Shown: piece after piece, positions 62,685 through 64,000 of the stretch | Layout of the letters: each line of letters starts with the position of its first letter | Position numbering within the stretch: the stretch's first letter is position 1 | Assembly: GCF_006345805.1 (NCBI RefSeq) | Contig: NC_043015.1 | Location: forward strand, 49,042,001 to 49,106,000 | DNA from: Octopus sinensis | Lineage: Eukaryota | Length of the DNA stretch: 64,000 nt | Direction of reading: 5' to 3' | Position numbers and translations under genes: made by a program | The notes under the pieces: generated by a model | Seen by the model: the letters and a program-made list of their open reading frames with translations, nothing else | The model's database searches: none | Told to the model about the DNA's origin: nothing

Positions 62685-63335
62685 GAATTTAACTTTCTAA
62701 ATATTTACTCAACATTTCAATGGGTAGTTTGTGTAAGATATTATTTACGTTGTAAATAAAAACCCTCCTTAATTCCCTTGAAAATATTTAAGAGAGACAA
62801 ATATAAAAAATATCTATGGAGAAATCAGTGAAACGTAAAAGAAATTACGTTATATATTTTAATGACAAACACCTTTAATATATTTAAGTCTAAATTATTT
62901 TCGTCAATGATGAAAATGTGTAAGGTTCAAATATCAGCAATTATATTTGTAATAAATTAAAAAACCCCCAAAAGGAAGGCCTATGTCAAGGAGACCTGTT
63001 AAATAGGGTAAGAGGAAATATGCAGAGGAATGTGTAGGGGGTAGATTAGAAAAGGAGGGAAAACGAGGAGTCGACACCATGTGGAGAATTTTTAGTTATA
63101 TATATATATATATCTATGTCCATTTTGATTAAGTCTCATCTGTTGCAGACGTATAAGTTTCTGTTAAAAAAAAACAAAAGACTTAGGTAGATGTAGACAC
63201 AATATAAACAGTCTACCGAGCATCGTGTATTGCGATGTTATAAGAGATATATTAAAGGATTTACTTAAGGGAGAATTAAAAGGTGAACACATCAAAATGT
63301 TTTAAACGATCCTAAGTAATGATGTATCGCTCTGA

Positions 63336-63339
<4 letters not shown>

Positions 63340-63373
<34 letters not shown>

Positions 63374-63414
63374 TACACACACACATAGATATATATATAT
63401 ATATATATACACAC

Positions 63415-63445
<31 letters not shown>

Positions 63446-63517
63446 ACATACACACATAGATACATACATATATATATGTATATATACACACATAGATATA
63501 TATATATACACACATAG

Positions 63518-63560
<43 letters not shown>

Positions 63561-63636
63561 TAGATACATATATATACACAGATATATATATATATATATA
63601 TTATATATACACACATAGATACATATATATACACAG

Positions 63637-63671
<35 letters not shown>

Positions 63672-63686
63672 GATACATATATATAC

Positions 63687-63726
<40 letters not shown>

Positions 63727-63999
63727 GATACATATATATACACAGATATATATATATTATACATATATATATACACAGATATATATATATATATACACAG
63801 ATATATATATATATATATACACATAGATATACACACACATAGATACATACATATATATATACACATAGATACATACATACACACATATATATATATACAC
63901 ACACACATATAAACATATATATATATATACACACATATAAACATATATATATATACACACATATAAACATATATATATATACATATATATACATATATT
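63340..63999. repeat. Compound (TA)n/(CA)n microsatellite with higher-order unit ~(TA)n-CACACATAGA
   Basis: Direct reading; accounts for the YI/VC-rich ORFs 63292-63994. Confidence 0.97.
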
Positions 64000-64000
64000 A

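Noticed and set aside
63292-63994. Long ORFs (up to 218 aa) rich in Y/I/V/C
   Set aside because: Translations of a TA/CA microsatellite.

Overview
AT-rich, intron-rich animal genomic DNA, most likely octopus (inferred from dense tRNA-derived SINE families with internal TA/TG microsatellites and (CAT)n tails; not verified by search). The main gene is on the minus strand: a Polycomb-group Sex comb on midleg (Scm; SCMH1/SCML2-like) gene. Ten phase-consistent GT-AG coding exons run from 38301 down to a TGA stop at 1715 and encode 2 MBT repeats, a SLED/DUF3588 domain and a C-terminal SAM domain (about 565 codons). The start exon is not firmly identified. Introns are full of SINEs, piggyBac-type and Tc1/mariner-type MITEs, an internally deleted mariner, non-autonomous Helitrons and RTE LINE fragments. 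The most striking unexplained signal is seven type I hammerhead ribozyme (HHR) motifs in three repeat families: a tRNA-headed SINE with an HHR in its tail (4 copies), a long inverted-repeat element (2 copies) and a core-variant element (1 copy). All three plus-strand (antisense to Scm) motifs have intact cores; all four minus-strand motifs carry a defect. Other oddities are two near-perfect long DNA hairpins, a candidate 12-nt microexon or alternative terminal exon in the MBT linker, a SINE-free intronic island with miRNA seed matches, and unusual minisatellites near the 3' UTR. Exon, HHR, TIR and TSD coordinates were counted by hand; other repeat boundaries are approximate.
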